Shown in pieces: positions 42,583 to 52,139 of a stretch of 64,000 nucleotides of DNA. This DNA comes from Anaerolineae bacterium (lineage in GTDB: Bacteria > Chloroflexota > Anaerolineae > Aggregatilineales > JAFGMM01), in the NCBI GenBank assembly GCA_027494055.1, contig JAOSJO010000024.1, positions 40,219 through 104,218 on the forward strand, written 5' to 3'. The notes under the pieces were generated by a model that saw only the letters and a program-made list of their open reading frames with translations, searched no databases and was not told the DNA's origin. The position numbers and the translations under genes are program-made. Every line of letters begins with the position of its first letter. The stretch's first letter is position 1.

Positions 42583-43802
42583 TGGAACACACCCTTCGCG
42601 GGAACAGCGCGCGCAGCAGCGGGATCGCTTCCGGGTCGATCTCCACGCCCTCGCGCGCGGCGACCTCCTCCGGCGTGGCGTAGGCGAGGATCAACTGGAT
42701 CAGGTCGGCCTGGCGCATCTGCGCCACGCGCGCGGCGCGCGCGCGCCCGGCGCGGCCTTCCCCTCCGCGAAGGCAACGGTCGCCGCGCCGCATTCGGTCT
42801 CCAGGCGCAGGCCGCCCGACCAGCCGGCGAACCGCGAGTCGGCCAGGCGCGCCTCCAGTTCGGGGCGCAGCTTCTCGACCGTGCGCTCCAGGTTGACGAT
42901 CTGCCCCATCCAGCCGCCGTTGGGCTGGGTCCATGCCACCGTATCGACCGCGCACAGGTCGCGCACGTGCCGCGCCGGGGGTCGTCCGGTGGGGTGAGCC
43001 AGTAGAAGTACTGCGCCTCGCTCTGCCCGTCGCCCGTCGTCTCGACCTCGGCGGCGCTGTCACGCAGCAGCGCGGCGGTGGCGTCCGCGTCCGCGCTGAG
43101 GACCTCGCCGCTCCACGCCGGGCTGTCGTCCCACGCCGATCCCGTCAGGTAGCCCTGGAGCCGGCCTCGCCGGTCAACGGCGGCGCGCCGGCGCACCTTG
43201 GGGCCGCGCAGCTTCCAGGCCAGGTATGCCGCGTCGCGCTGCCACGCGCCGGGCCGGTCGCGCCAGGTGCGGTTGTAGAGCGCCAGCATCGCGGGGATGT
43301 CGTCCTCGGTCAGGTCGCGGACGGTCAGCCGCGCGCTGAGGCCGGCGACGTTGCGCGCGTCGACGCGCAGGAGGTACGTGGGCCAGACGTTGGCATAACC
43401 GAAGCGGTTGTAGTAGTTGGGGATGCCGTTCAACAGCGTGATGTCGCAGCCGATGTCGTGCATGTACGTGATGCAATCGCGCATCACGGCGGCGGCGTAG
43501 CCGCGCCGGCGGTGGTCGGGGTGCGTGCACACGTCGCCGATGCCGCCGACGGTCAGCGTCGATGCGCCGTAGTACATGGTGTAGGGGGCGACGAGCGTGT
43601 GCGCGACGACCTGCCCGTCGCGCACGGCGACCCGCGCGTGGCCGTAATCGAAGCCGGGCCGTTGCAGCAGGAAGTGCTCGAAGAGCGCGCGCAGTTCGTC
43701 GTCCGGCGGTATTTGCGACATGAAGCAGCGTGCGTGCAGCCAGGCGATCTGTTTCCAGTCGTCGGGGCGCGCGGCGCGGATCACGGTGTCGCTGGCGGTC
43801 AT
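42560..43802 (-). CDS. Eis-like GNAT acetyltransferase with SCP2-like C-terminus (frameshifted)
   Basis: GGIGDVCTHPDHRRRGYA, YYNRFGY, WMGQIVNL..LLRALFP. Confidence 0.85.
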
Positions 43803-43832
43803 GTGTGGCGTTCCTTGATGGATGATGTTACC

Positions 43833-45080
43833 TCAAAACCAGTCGATTCCCGCCATGCCGCTCACCACCGGCGGGAACAGCGCGCGCAGCAGCCCAAGCG
43901 CCTCGCGGTCGATGTGCGCGTGCGCCTGCGCCGCGACCTCCGCCGGCGTGCTGTAGGCGAACATCAGCTCGACCAGGTCAGTCTGGCGCATCTGCGCGAC
44001 GAGGCTCTGCCGGGTGTGACGGCCCGTCATGATCCGCCCGTGCGAGAGCGCCAGCGTCACGTGGCCCAGGTCGGTCTCCAGCCGCAGGTAGCCGGCCCAG
44101 TCGGCGTAGGGCGACCGCTGCACGCGCGCCTCCAGTTCGGGCAGCAGCTTCTCGACCGTGCGCGGCAGGTCGATGAGGCGCGCCATCCAGCCGCCGCCGG
44201 GGCGGCTGCGCTCCATGATCTCGACCGGACACAGGCGGCGCGCGTGCCGGGCGGCGGGCGCGTCGGGCGGGACGAACCAGCGGAACGCGGCATCGTCGTC
44301 ACCGTATGCGGCCCGGACCGTGGCGGCGCTGGCGCGCAGGAAGGCGGCGGTCGCGTCGGCGCTGGCCGCGACGACCTCGCACACCGCGCCCGGCGTCCAC
44401 CAATCGACCATGTAGCCGCGCAGTTGGCCGGCGTCATCCACCGCGACGACCTTCTTCGTGTTGAAGCCGCTCAGCTTCCAGGCCAGGTACGCGGCGTCGC
44501 GGATGCGCGCGCCGGGGTGCGCCGGCCACGTCCGGTTGTAGAGCGCGAGCATCGCGGGGATATCGTCGTCGGTCATGGCGCGCAGCGCGAGCGCGCTCGC
44601 GGGCGCGCGCGTGAGGCGGTCGGTGTCGGCGGCGTAGACATCGACGTGGCGGTAGGGCCAGGCGTTCGCGAAGTCGAACCGGTGGTAGTAGTCGGTGACG
44701 CCGTTGAGCAGCGCCAGGTCGCACCCGATGTCAGCGACGTAGGCCAGCGTATCGCGCATCAGGTCGGTGGCGTGGCCCTGCCCCCGGTGGTCAGGATGGG
44801 TGCACACGTCGCCGAGGCCGGCCGCCGTCAGCGTCGCCGCGCCGTAGTGGATGGCGAACGGGTTCACCTTCACCTGGGCGATCACCTGCCCGTCGCGCAC
44901 GACTACGCGCGTGTGCTCGTGGCGGAAGCCCGGCTCCTGCACGTAACCCTCGCGGTTGAGGGCGTACAGCATATCGTAGGGCATGTCGGGTGTGCTGAAG
45001 ACCCCGGCGTACAGCCGGGCGATCTGCTCGCGCTCGTCAGGATGCGCGCCCCGGATGACGGTGGTCACGCTTTCCGCCAA
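43833..45080 (-). CDS. Eis-like GNAT acetyltransferase (paralog of the adjacent gene)
   Basis: GLGDVCTHPDHRGQGHA, YYHRF, WMARLIDL, LLRALFP. Confidence 0.9.
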   Translation of the reverse strand: MAESVTTVIRGAHPDEREQIARLYAGVFSTPDMPYDMLYALNREGYVQEPGFRHEHTRVVVRDGQVIAQVKVNPFAIHYGAATLTAAGLGDVCTHPDHRGQGHATDLMRDTLAYVADIGCDLALLNGVTDYYHRFDFANAWPYRHVDVYAADTDRLTRAPASALALRAMTDDDIPAMLALYNRTWPAHPGARIRDAAYLAWKLSGFNTKKVVAVDDAGQLRGYMVDWWTPGAVCEVVAASADATAAFLRASAATVRAAYGDDDAAFRWFVPPDAPAARHARRLCPVEIMERSRPGGGWMARLIDLPRTVEKLLPELEARVQRSPYADWAGYLRLETDLGHVTLALSHGRIMTGRHTRQSLVAQMRQTDLVELMFAYSTPAEVAAQAHAHIDREALGLLRALFPPVVSGMAGIDWF

Positions 45081-46052
45081 GGGTCGGCCTCCATGAAGGC
45101 GTCGAGCATGACCTGCTTCACGTCATCGGGCACGCCGATGGCGCGCCCGTCGCCGTAGTCGGACAGGATGAAGCCGCCCTGCGGCGTCGCCCACTCGCGC
45201 AGAAGCAGGCGCGCCTCCGCGCGGATTTCGTCCGGCCCCTTGAGCGGCAGTGTGTGCTGGATGTCGCACAGCGACTCGAAGCACAGCCGGCCCCGGAACG
45301 CCGCGCCCACCTCCTCGATGCCGAGCGCGCGCGGCTGTTGCAGGTTCACGACGTTGCAGCCGATCTCGGCCAGGCTGCCCAGGATGGCGTTGACCTTGCC
45401 GCACGAGTGCATCCACACGTGCCAGCCGTGCGCGTGCATCGCGTCGAAGAGCGTCTGGTAGCGCGGCCTGAAGAACTCCTCCCACAGCGCCGGGCGGATC
45501 ACGAGCGCCTGCTCCGGTACCCCAGTCGTCGGTGAAGCAGAAGCCGTGAATCTGCCCTGGAAAGCGCCGCCCGATGTTCTCGATGATGCCCAGGTCGAAT
45601 TCGACGATCCGGTCGGCGAGCATCTCGATCTTCTCGCGCTCCAGGTACAGGTCGGTGAGCGTGTTCTGGTAGCCGTGCAGCGCGTGCATTCGCTCGAAGA
45701 GGAGCATGAAGATGTTGGTGTTGATGTACTTGCCCTCCGACCCCGCAAACTTCGCCTCCATGCCTGCGTAGAAGGCGGGGTTGTCGGGGTCGGGCCAGCG
45801 ATACGTCGCCAGCGCCGACCAGTCTGCGAGCGGGTGGCCCTTGACCTGGCCCATGTTGGCGACCTCGCTGCGCGCCCACGTGCACCCCCACTCGTCGAGC
45901 GTCGCGCGCAGCGCGTGGTCGCCGGTGCCGATCTGGTTCCAGTTCACGTCGTGCGTGTCGTTGATGCCGAGCACGGGGAAGCGCATCGGCAGGCGGTCGG
46001 GCGTGTCGAACTCGATGGCGCGGCGCACGACTTCGTAAGACGACATGCTCAT
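45065..46052 (-). CDS. Uroporphyrinogen decarboxylase/MtaA-CmuA superfamily protein (frameshift near 45520)
   Basis: PDRLP, DEWGCTW, HPLADW, TDDWG, MHSCGKV, DIQHTLP, GGFI. Confidence 0.85.
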
Positions 46053-47180
46053 GTTGTGTTTCTCCTTTGTTGAGCCGGCGCGGATGCGATCAGTTGCCCG
46101 GCGGGGATGCCCCACAATTCAACCCCATCGTATCTTACTGCAACAGCCAACAATGTCCCGTCGAGATTGAAAGCTACACTTGAAACATCTGATTCATAAG
46201 TCTCTAACGCCACCAGAACTTCTTTGGTATCCACATTCCATAGATACAATGCTCCATCTTCCGAATAGTAACCGGAGCCGGACGCCAGGAGGATTCCGTT
46301 AGGGGTGAAACGCCACACTGCTTACAGCGTGAGAATGGCTGCCAAGCGGAGTAAGTGTCTGCCAGGGTGAATCTGCATTCCACCGCCACACTGAGCCATC
46401 TGAATTACCACAGGCTAACGTCTTGCCGTCCGGCGACCAAGATAGGCTATTCACTGTTGACGTCCATCTCAGTTCATATATTATTTCACCATACGCGAGG
46501 CGCCCTTTGACAACTTCACCATCAAGTACAATCGGCCATACGGTTATGTCATTCGAGTCACCAGACGCTAATTTGGTCCCATCTGGGCTGAAAGCCAAAG
46601 TGTTTACTGTCCAGAAGTGGCTTCCTAAATCGGCTAATGGCTCATTGGTCTCGATTTGGTCTATTGGATCAACCGACCACAGAAGTATGCGATTGAAGCG
46701 TCGGGCACTACCCGATGCAACCAACGTACCATCTGGACTATAGGCCACACTGGCAGCGTTGTGTTCAGTCACAAAAAGAGGTTTTGAGTTCACTTGTCGC
46801 TAAATCCCACAGGTCTATGGACCCCCAATTCGTGATCGCTAAGAAACGGCTATCTGGGCTAAAGGCCAATTGTGGTTCCCAATTAGTTGTATCTAGGAAT
46901 TCATGAATCTGTTCGCCAGATGTCAGGTCCCAAAGCAAGACACGCTCACTGCTCCCAGAGGCCAACATCGTTCCATCTGGGCTGAATGCCACGCTCGATA
47001 CAAGCTCGAAATCTTCTCCAGCCAGCCTAAAGGTCACCAGTTTTTTGATTTGATGCACATTTTCAACTGTAATCACCTCCAACGCCGGCAGGGGAAGCCG
47101 CTCTCCTGTGCCATTACTGGCGTGACTGGCCCGGCGAGCAGCAGCGCTAGCATCACCATGAGAGACCATCGCCTGTGCAT
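46049..47180 (-). CDS. Secreted WD40/beta-propeller protein (low GC, multiple frameshifts)
   Basis: Signal peptide MHRRWSLMVMLALLLAG from ATG 47180; repeated SVAFSPDGTMLASG..LWD units. Confidence 0.75.
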
Positions 47181-47189
47181 CGCTCCCTC

Positions 47190-48263
47190 CTAATCAAACA
47201 GGCGCGCCATCACCAACGCATCAATATACAGGCCATTCTGGAAGCTGAAGTCACGGTAGCGTCCCTCGTGCGCGAAGCCGAACTTCTTGTACAGCGCGAT
47301 GGCGGGCGCGTTGTCCGGGTAAACCTCCAGCTCCAGCCGGCGGATTTGCAGCCAGTTCGCGGCGAGATCGACGCCGGCCTGTATCAGCGCGCTCCCCACG
47401 CCCACGCCCTGGTAGTCGGGGTGGATCATCATGCCCAGCCCGGCGACGTGCGCGCGCCGGCCCTCGAACAGGTGCAGGCCCAGGCTGCCCACCGCGCGCC
47501 CCTCCACCTCCGCGACCAGGTTGAAGAAGTTCTTTGGCGGGTTGGCGTGCCGCTGGCGGATGAAGTCGGGAGCGGGGAAGGGGAGCTGCATCGTGTTGAA
47601 GTATACACTCGGCGCGCGGAAGACTTCGGACAGGTCCTCCCAGTCGTCCGCCTTGCTGCCGCGCACGGTGACCTCCGGGCGCGCGGCGGGGCGCGGGCGC
47701 AGCGGGACCGGGTCCTCGTCGTCGGCCTTGCGCCGCCCGCCCAGCCGCGCGTTGATGCGCGCGAGTATGTACGCATCGGCGAATGCGCCGTCGCGGAGCG
47801 CGTAGCGGCGCAGCGTCGCCTCGCGCGCGAAGCCGACTTCTTCGTATAGTGAGATCGACAACGCCGTGTCGGTGAACACCTCGACATACAGGCGGCGCAG
47901 GCCGAGCCAGTTGTCGGCGAAGTCGAGGGCGGCCCGCACGAGCGCCGCGCCGATGCCTTGCTCCTGGTAGTGTGGGTGCACCGCGAGCGACAGCGCGCCG
48001 GTGTGCTTGCGGCGCATCCGCGAGGGGAAGGTCTGAAGGCTCAACTGGCCGGCGACGACGCGGCTGCCGTCGGGACGGACGACCTCCGCCACGAGGTAAT
48101 GCACGCCCTCCGGAGGCTCAGCGACCTGCGTGCGGAGGCGGTCGGGTTCCGGGTAGGGGAGGCTGGTCGCCTCCCGGCACACCGACTCGAAGCTGAAGAT
48201 TTCGTAGATGTCGGGCCAATCGTCGGCGTGGCGGCTGCGGATGCTGATCTCATGTGCGCTCAT
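47190..48263 (-). CDS. Tandem double GNAT acetyltransferase (YhhY/AaaT-like)
   Basis: Two repeats of RRxH..VHPxYQxxGxGxAL..ADNWL..RRLxxEV..LY..GF..E. Confidence 0.9.
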   Translation of the reverse strand: MSAHEISIRSRHADDWPDIYEIFSFESVCREATSLPYPEPDRLRTQVAEPPEGVHYLVAEVVRPDGSRVVAGQLSLQTFPSRMRRKHTGALSLAVHPHYQEQGIGAALVRAALDFADNWLGLRRLYVEVFTDTALSISLYEEVGFAREATLRRYALRDGAFADAYILARINARLGGRRKADDEDPVPLRPRPAARPEVTVRGSKADDWEDLSEVFRAPSVYFNTMQLPFPAPDFIRQRHANPPKNFFNLVAEVEGRAVGSLGLHLFEGRRAHVAGLGMMIHPDYQGVGVGSALIQAGVDLAANWLQIRRLELEVYPDNAPAIALYKKFGFAHEGRYRDFSFQNGLYIDALVMARLFD

Positions 48264-48424
48264 GGCAATTCCTCTGGCCGGATCGTGCGCTTCCCCCTGT
48301 TCGCGCCCATGATAACACAGGACGGCGCGACGCGGGCAATGGGCCGCTTGACACGCCCGCCCGAACCCCGGATACTTGAACCGCAGGCAGAATCGTCAGC
48401 GGTGTGGGTTTCGGAGGCGGCAGG

Positions 48425-49060
48425 ATGGCGTATCGACGGCAGTGGTGGGCGCTCGCGGTTGTGATCGTTCTGACGTTGTCGCCTGGGCCGGTGGGCCATG
48501 CGGAGGAGGCGACGCCCACGCCACCGGCGGACGACGCGCTGCGCGCGCTCGCGGCGGCGGTGCTGGAAGATAACCAGAACAACGGCAATTTCACGCAGTG
48601 GCGCGGCGGCAACCTGGGCACGTTCGACGACGCGATGCCGCGCGTCAGCTACGGCCAGAAGATGGCCGGCTTTGCGCTGCCCGACGCCTCTGGCGCGACC
48701 ATCATCCTGGACCGCATCGACGGCCCCAAGCTCGTCAACTTCTGGGCGACGTGGTGCGCGCCGTGTGTGGAGGAGTTCCCGTTGCTGTCGGAGGTGGCGC
48801 GCGCCGCCGACGCGCCCTTCGGCGTGGTGTTCGTCAATGTGTGGGACGATCCACGCGCGTTCGCGGAGTTCGCGGACGCGCACCCAGACCTGGCGCTGGT
48901 CCGCGACGTCAGGGACGCGGTGAACACCGACCTGGGGGTGTTTGCCATCCCCACGAGCCTGTTGATCGATTCGGACGGCGTGGTGCGCGCGATCCACGTG
49001 GGCAACATCACCCCGCCGGTGATGGACCTGCTCAAGGCGGTGGCCGCCAGCCTCGACTGA
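48425..49060 (+). CDS. TlpA/ResA-like thiol-disulfide oxidoreductase
   Basis: Signal peptide, LVNFWATWCAPCVEEFP, AIPTS. Confidence 0.93.
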   Translation: MAYRRQWWALAVVIVLTLSPGPVGHAEEATPTPPADDALRALAAAVLEDNQNNGNFTQWRGGNLGTFDDAMPRVSYGQKMAGFALPDASGATIILDRIDGPKLVNFWATWCAPCVEEFPLLSEVARAADAPFGVVFVNVWDDPRAFAEFADAHPDLALVRDVRDAVNTDLGVFAIPTSLLIDSDGVVRAIHVGNITPPVMDLLKAVAASLD

Positions 49061-49114
49061 GGCGCGGCGCGGCGTGTTTGCCAAAACGCCCCGTCTGCGC
49101 TAGTATCTCAGCCG

Positions 49115-49176
49115 CTTTCGTTCCGCTCCTGGCATGACGCCCGTCTCGACCAGGGGCAAACCCGTGGAAAGGAGCG
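49115..49176 (+). promoter_or_regulatory. S6:S18 ribosomal protein leader
   Basis: TTCC/GGAA and GCTCCTGG/CCAGGGGC stems with a CCG-containing internal loop adjacent to the SD of rpsF. Confidence 0.7.
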
Positions 49177-49188
49177 CTGTATATCCAC

Positions 49189-49476
49189 ATGCGTAACTAT
49201 GAGCTTACCTACATCATCCATCCCGACCTCGCGGACGATGCGCGCCCGGCGCTGATTCGCCAGGTTGAGGACTGGATCAAGGCCGGGGGCGGCAGCGTGC
49301 AGAAGACCGTTGACTGGGGCCGGCGCCGGCTGGCGTATCGAATCAAGAACCAGCGCGAGGGTCACTACATCCACGTGCTCGTCGAACTTGACACCAACGC
49401 AGTTCCGGACCTTGAGCGCAACCTCAAGTTCAACGAGAACATCCTGCGCCACCTGCTGGTTCGCACGGACGATTGA
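49189..49476 (+). CDS. rpsF: 30S ribosomal protein S6
   Basis: MRNYELTYIIHPDL..WGRRRLAYRIK..EGHY. Confidence 0.98.
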   Translation: MRNYELTYIIHPDLADDARPALIRQVEDWIKAGGGSVQKTVDWGRRRLAYRIKNQREGHYIHVLVELDTNAVPDLERNLKFNENILRHLLVRTDD

Positions 49477-49586
49477 GCACCCCCACCGCCTTGATTGGCC
49501 CTTGTGAGGCCCGCCAGGTCAGAGAGTCAGGCAGAGCGTGACGTGCAACGACTAAGGAAGCCGAGTAGACCAGGGGAGTTAGACGT

Positions 49587-49982
49587 ATGAGCAGGGGGTT
49601 GAACAAGGTTCTGATTATCGGCCACCTGGGCCGCGACCCGGAGATGCGCTATACGCCGAGCGGGCGTCCGGTCACCTCCTTCAGCGTGGCGACGAGCCGG
49701 AGCTGGACCTCAGCCGAGGGCGAGCGACGGGAAGAGACCGAATGGTTCAACGTCGTCGCGTGGGGCAACCTGGCCGAGATCTGCAAGCAGCACCTGGTAA
49801 AAGGCCAGCAGGTCTACATCGAAGGCCGCCTTCAGACGCGCGGTTGGGAAGGCGAGGACGGCAAGCGACACTACCGCACCGAGCTGGTCGCCAACGAGAT
49901 GATTGTGCTCGGTGAGCGCCGGTCGCCGGAGTATTACCCTGAAGAGCAGGCCGGCGATCACGAAGACGAGTATCCCTTCTAA
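49587..49982 (+). CDS. ssb: Single-stranded DNA-binding protein
   Basis: LNKVLIIGHLGRDPEMRYT..EGRLQTR; acidic C-terminal tip DEYPF. Confidence 0.98.
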   Translation: MSRGLNKVLIIGHLGRDPEMRYTPSGRPVTSFSVATSRSWTSAEGERREETEWFNVVAWGNLAEICKQHLVKGQQVYIEGRLQTRGWEGEDGKRHYRTELVANEMIVLGERRSPEYYPEEQAGDHEDEYPF

Positions 49983-50024
49983 ACAAACCAAACAAAAACG
50001 ACACTCCTCAGGAGGACGACGACA

Positions 50025-50423
50025 GTGAGTGACGAAGAATTGGACGATCTGGAAGAAGAACCGCGCCGCCGCCGGCCGCGCCGTGACGACAACGGGGGCG
50101 GCGATTCGGACCGGGGTGGCCGGGGTGGCCGCCGCCGGGACGACAGCGACGACGATTCGGGACGGGGCGGCAGAGGTGGCCGGGGTGGCCGCCGATTTGG
50201 GCGACGCGCGAAGATTTCGCCGCTCTATTCCGACCCGAACTTCCGCCTTGACTACAAAGACCCGGAGACGCTGCGGCGTTTCATCACCGATCACGGGAAG
50301 ATCCGGCCCCGGCGACAGACCGGCCTCTACGCCCGTGACCAGCGCCGCCTCGCCCGTGAGGTGAAGCGCGCCCGCCACCTGGCGCTGCTGCCGTTCACCG
50401 GCGCCCACGTTCGCGAGACGTAG
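50025..50423 (+). CDS. rpsR: 30S ribosomal protein S18 (Zn-free type, long N-terminal extension)
   Basis: [41 protein letters not shown]. Confidence 0.96.
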   Translation: MSDEELDDLEEEPRRRRPRRDDNGGGDSDRGGRGGRRRDDSDDDSGRGGRGGRGGRRFGRRAKISPLYSDPNFRLDYKDPETLRRFITDHGKIRPRRQTGLYARDQRRLAREVKRARHLALLPFTGAHVRET

Positions 50424-50526
50424 CCCGGAAGGCGACCACGCGACAAGTGCTCAGGGCATGAGGCCGCGCGCACTGTGAGCGGGTTCGTGCCCTTCACCGC
50501 GCCTGTCATCAAGAGAAGAGGAATGC

Positions 50527-51894
50527 ATGGCAAAACGAGGCGAAGGCATCCCCACCCAGAGACCCACTGAAGTCAGACGCCGCCACCTCTCGCGCGCCGA
50601 ACGCGAGCAGCGCATGAACCGGATCATTCTCGCATCCGTGATTGTGCTCGTCGCCGTGGTTGTGACCTTGCTTGTCGCGGGTGTGGTATATGAGGTCGCC
50701 GTCAAGCCGAGCCAACCGGTCGCCATCGTCGGCGACGTGTCGATCACCACGGCGCAATTTCAGGAACGGGTGAAGCTGCAACGCTACCAGACTGTGCTTC
50801 AGCTTGGGAACCTCGCGCCGTTCTACGGCACGTGCGACACCGCCGACTCCTCCTCGCCGATCTACCCGCTCTGCCAGCAGGTTCAGTTCCCGACGCTGAT
50901 GGGGAGCGAGGTGCTCAATACGATGGTCGAGGAGGAGATCATCCGGCAGGAGGCCGCCGCGCGCGGCATCACGGTGTCTGACGAAGAGGTCCAGCAAGGG
51001 GTGTACGGCCTCTTCGGGTACGACCCCACCGGCAGCACCGCCACGCCGACCCTCGAACCGAGCGCCACGCCGACCCGGCGCTACACCGTCACGCCCAGCC
51101 CTGAGCCAACCGCCACCCTGACGCCGACGGGCACGGTCACGCCGCCGGCGACGCCCACCGCGACGCTGGAACCGATCGCCACGCCCACAGCCACGGCGAC
51201 GCTCACCGCCGAGGAGGCGCGCGCGCAGTACGACGAAAACTACAGCAACCAGATGCAGCTTGTCGCTTCCCTGTCCGGGATCAGCGAGGAAGCCTACCGC
51301 GACGTCCTGAAGACCCAACTGCTGCGCGAGAAGCTCGCCGAGCAGATTGGCGGGAACGCCATTGCGGAGGTTGTCGATCAGGTCTACATCCGCATGATGC
51401 GCACCCAGACCGAGGCCGAGGCGATTGAGTTGCTCGAAGCGCTGCGCGACGGCGAGAGCTTCGCGGCCCTGGCGCGCAGCGCCGACGCGACTGCGCAGTC
51501 GAGCGACCCGAACCGCTTCTCTGGCGGCGAGATGGGTTGGCAGCCGCGCAACGAACTGCCCATCGTCGTGGGCGACCGGGCGTTCGAGGCCGAGATCGGT
51601 GCCATCATCGGCCCGGTCCGCGACATCGATGTCGAGGCCGCGGCGCAGGGTATGCCGTCGGAGTACTACTACATCGCGCAGGTGCTCGATCACCAGGTCC
51701 GCCCGCTTGACGAGGCGATCCTCCAGCAGCAGCGCGACGAGTTCTTCAACACGTGGCTGAGCGGCAAGCGCACCCAGGCCGAGACCTTTAGCTACTGGAC
51801 CGAGCGGGTGCCCGAAGACCCGACAGGCGCGCAGATTGAGCAGGAAATCAACCGGTTGTTCGGCCAGACGGAGACGCCAGAAGGCGGATCGTAG
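50527..51894 (+). CDS. PrsA/SurA-like parvulin peptidyl-prolyl isomerase
   Basis: TM anchor, VAIVGDVSIT, SurA-N helices, GESFAALA..GGEMGW. Confidence 0.85.
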   Translation: MAKRGEGIPTQRPTEVRRRHLSRAEREQRMNRIILASVIVLVAVVVTLLVAGVVYEVAVKPSQPVAIVGDVSITTAQFQERVKLQRYQTVLQLGNLAPFYGTCDTADSSSPIYPLCQQVQFPTLMGSEVLNTMVEEEIIRQEAAARGITVSDEEVQQGVYGLFGYDPTGSTATPTLEPSATPTRRYTVTPSPEPTATLTPTGTVTPPATPTATLEPIATPTATATLTAEEARAQYDENYSNQMQLVASLSGISEEAYRDVLKTQLLREKLAEQIGGNAIAEVVDQVYIRMMRTQTEAEAIELLEALRDGESFAALARSADATAQSSDPNRFSGGEMGWQPRNELPIVVGDRAFEAEIGAIIGPVRDIDVEAAAQGMPSEYYYIAQVLDHQVRPLDEAILQQQRDEFFNTWLSGKRTQAETFSYWTERVPEDPTGAQIEQEINRLFGQTETPEGGS

Positions 51895-51895
51895 G

Positions 51896-51924
51896 TTGAC
51901 AAAGCGCCCGAAGTCATATATGCT
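51896..51924 (+). promoter_or_regulatory. Sigma70 promoter of the arg operon
   Basis: TTGACA(51896-51901)-N17-TATGCT(51919-51924). Confidence 0.7.
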
Positions 51925-51945
51925 TCTGAGCGTTGAGCGAATGCG

Positions 51946-52047
51946 ATGAAAATAGTCTTTAACCTCCCGCGCCGTCAAAGCCGTCGTACCCCGTCCACCC
52001 TTTACGGGTTCGGACAGGCGATTGCGCGCGCCCTGGGAGTGGTGTAA
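51946..52047 (+). CDS. Putative arginine attenuator leader peptide (33 aa)
   Basis: MKIVFNLPRRQSRRTPSTLYGFGQAIARALGVV*; Arg codons 9, 10, 13, 14; overlaps the antiterminator strand; SD weak. Confidence 0.6.
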   Translation: MKIVFNLPRRQSRRTPSTLYGFGQAIARALGVV

Positions 52048-52073
52048 CCGTTTAGGGCCAAGTCGCGAATCCT

Positions 52074-52108
52074 GCCCCCGGACCCGTAGGTCCGGGGGCT
52101 TTTGTTTT
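52074..52108 (+). terminator. Intrinsic terminator in the argC leader (attenuator)
   Basis: GCCCCCGGACC-CGTA-GGTCCGGGGGC-TTTTGTTTT, ending about 30 nt before argC. Confidence 0.88.
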
Positions 52109-52139
52109 GCCTGCGAGCTTTGGGAGGCACAAAGCCATT

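Noticed and set aside
41862-43802. 646-aa Eis-methyltransferase fusion in the ORF track
   Set aside because: Produced by compensating frameshifts; the Eis-like gene ends at 42560 (..AGLDWY*) like its paralog (..AGIDWF*).
42933-45158. Long antisense ORFs (e.g. 741 aa here and many others)
   Set aside because: Shadow ORFs expected at high GC opposite real genes; no recognisable motifs.
51930-52110. T-box riboswitch upstream of argC
   Set aside because: It starts with GCGATGAA but lacks the AGTA, AG and GNTG boxes and a GGTGGNACC T-box; the leader-peptide model fits better.
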